Origin: Spironucleus salmonicida
Taxonomy: Eukaryota
NCBI RefSeq assembly: GCF_000497125.1
Contig: NC_090603.1
Span: 186,001 to 250,000, forward strand
Reading direction: 5' to 3'
DNA length: 64,000 bases
The notes beneath the pieces were generated by a model that saw only the letters and a list, made by a program, of their open reading frames with translations, had not been told where the DNA came from and made no database searches. The first letter of the stretch is position 1, and the number at the start of each line of letters is the position of its first letter. The position numbers were made by a program, and so were the translations under genes. This document shows, piece after piece, positions 63,789 through 64,000 of the stretch.

Positions 63789-63980
63789 TCATTTCGTCCA
63801 ATTGTCCAAGTCCGACCAGTCCGACACCTGCGACAATATGTCAGTTAATTGATCTGCTGACCCTTCGTAGCAAAGGCTTCGTGAGTCTTAGGGAATGATC
63901 TGCTCAATTACAAGCTAAGTTTATACCAGTCGGTGCTGGGGCAAATTTTTGTTCTTTGTTTATCGCTTAATTAATTTCAT
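63789..63980 (-). CDS. Microprotein, 63 aa, straddling the right outer IR boundary
   Basis: MKLIKRQTKNKNLPQ...EQIIPQDS...LTDILSQVSDWSDLDNWTK. Confidence 0.65.
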
Positions 63981-64000
63981 TTTTATTTACTTAACATTAA

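Larger units (their letters stand above)
62073..63828. repeat. Right arm of 1756-bp inverted repeat
   Basis: Reverse complement of 58065..59820. Confidence 0.97.

Noticed and set aside
58065-63828. DNA transposon or Polinton with long terminal inverted repeats
   Set aside because: No transposase, integrase or polymerase, no evident target-site duplication, and the boundaries fall inside host genes.

Overview
Eukaryotic diplomonad DNA, most consistent with Spironucleus (Hexamitinae). Genes read through only if TAA/TAG = Gln and TGA is the sole stop (translation table 6), so the supplied standard-code ORF track fragments most real genes. I re-translated by hand; long ORFs were checked at their ends and spot-checked internally. 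Genes appear intronless and tightly packed, many with a CCACTCC-type element just upstream of ATG and an AGTGA element at or near the stop. Layout: (1) 1-13.3 kb is accessory-like, with frameshifted remnants, an LRR-like gene, a bacterial-type CofE/DUF129 ligase, a cysteine-rich membrane protein, glucosamine-6-P deaminase and tRNA-Ala(AGC). (2) 13.38-22.94 kb is a 9.56 kb GC-rich modular 35/34-bp satellite with a 760-bp higher-order period. (3) 23-58 kb is a compact AT-rich housekeeping block (eIF2beta, Myb, Snf7, LRR, MATE, arginine deiminase, ubiquilin, MINDY-4, IFT54) with several similar 59-76 aa micro-ORFs. (4) 58-64 kb is a 1756-bp near-identical inverted repeat pair around a DFD-type AGC kinase, and its outer edges cut through diverged paralogous microgenes.
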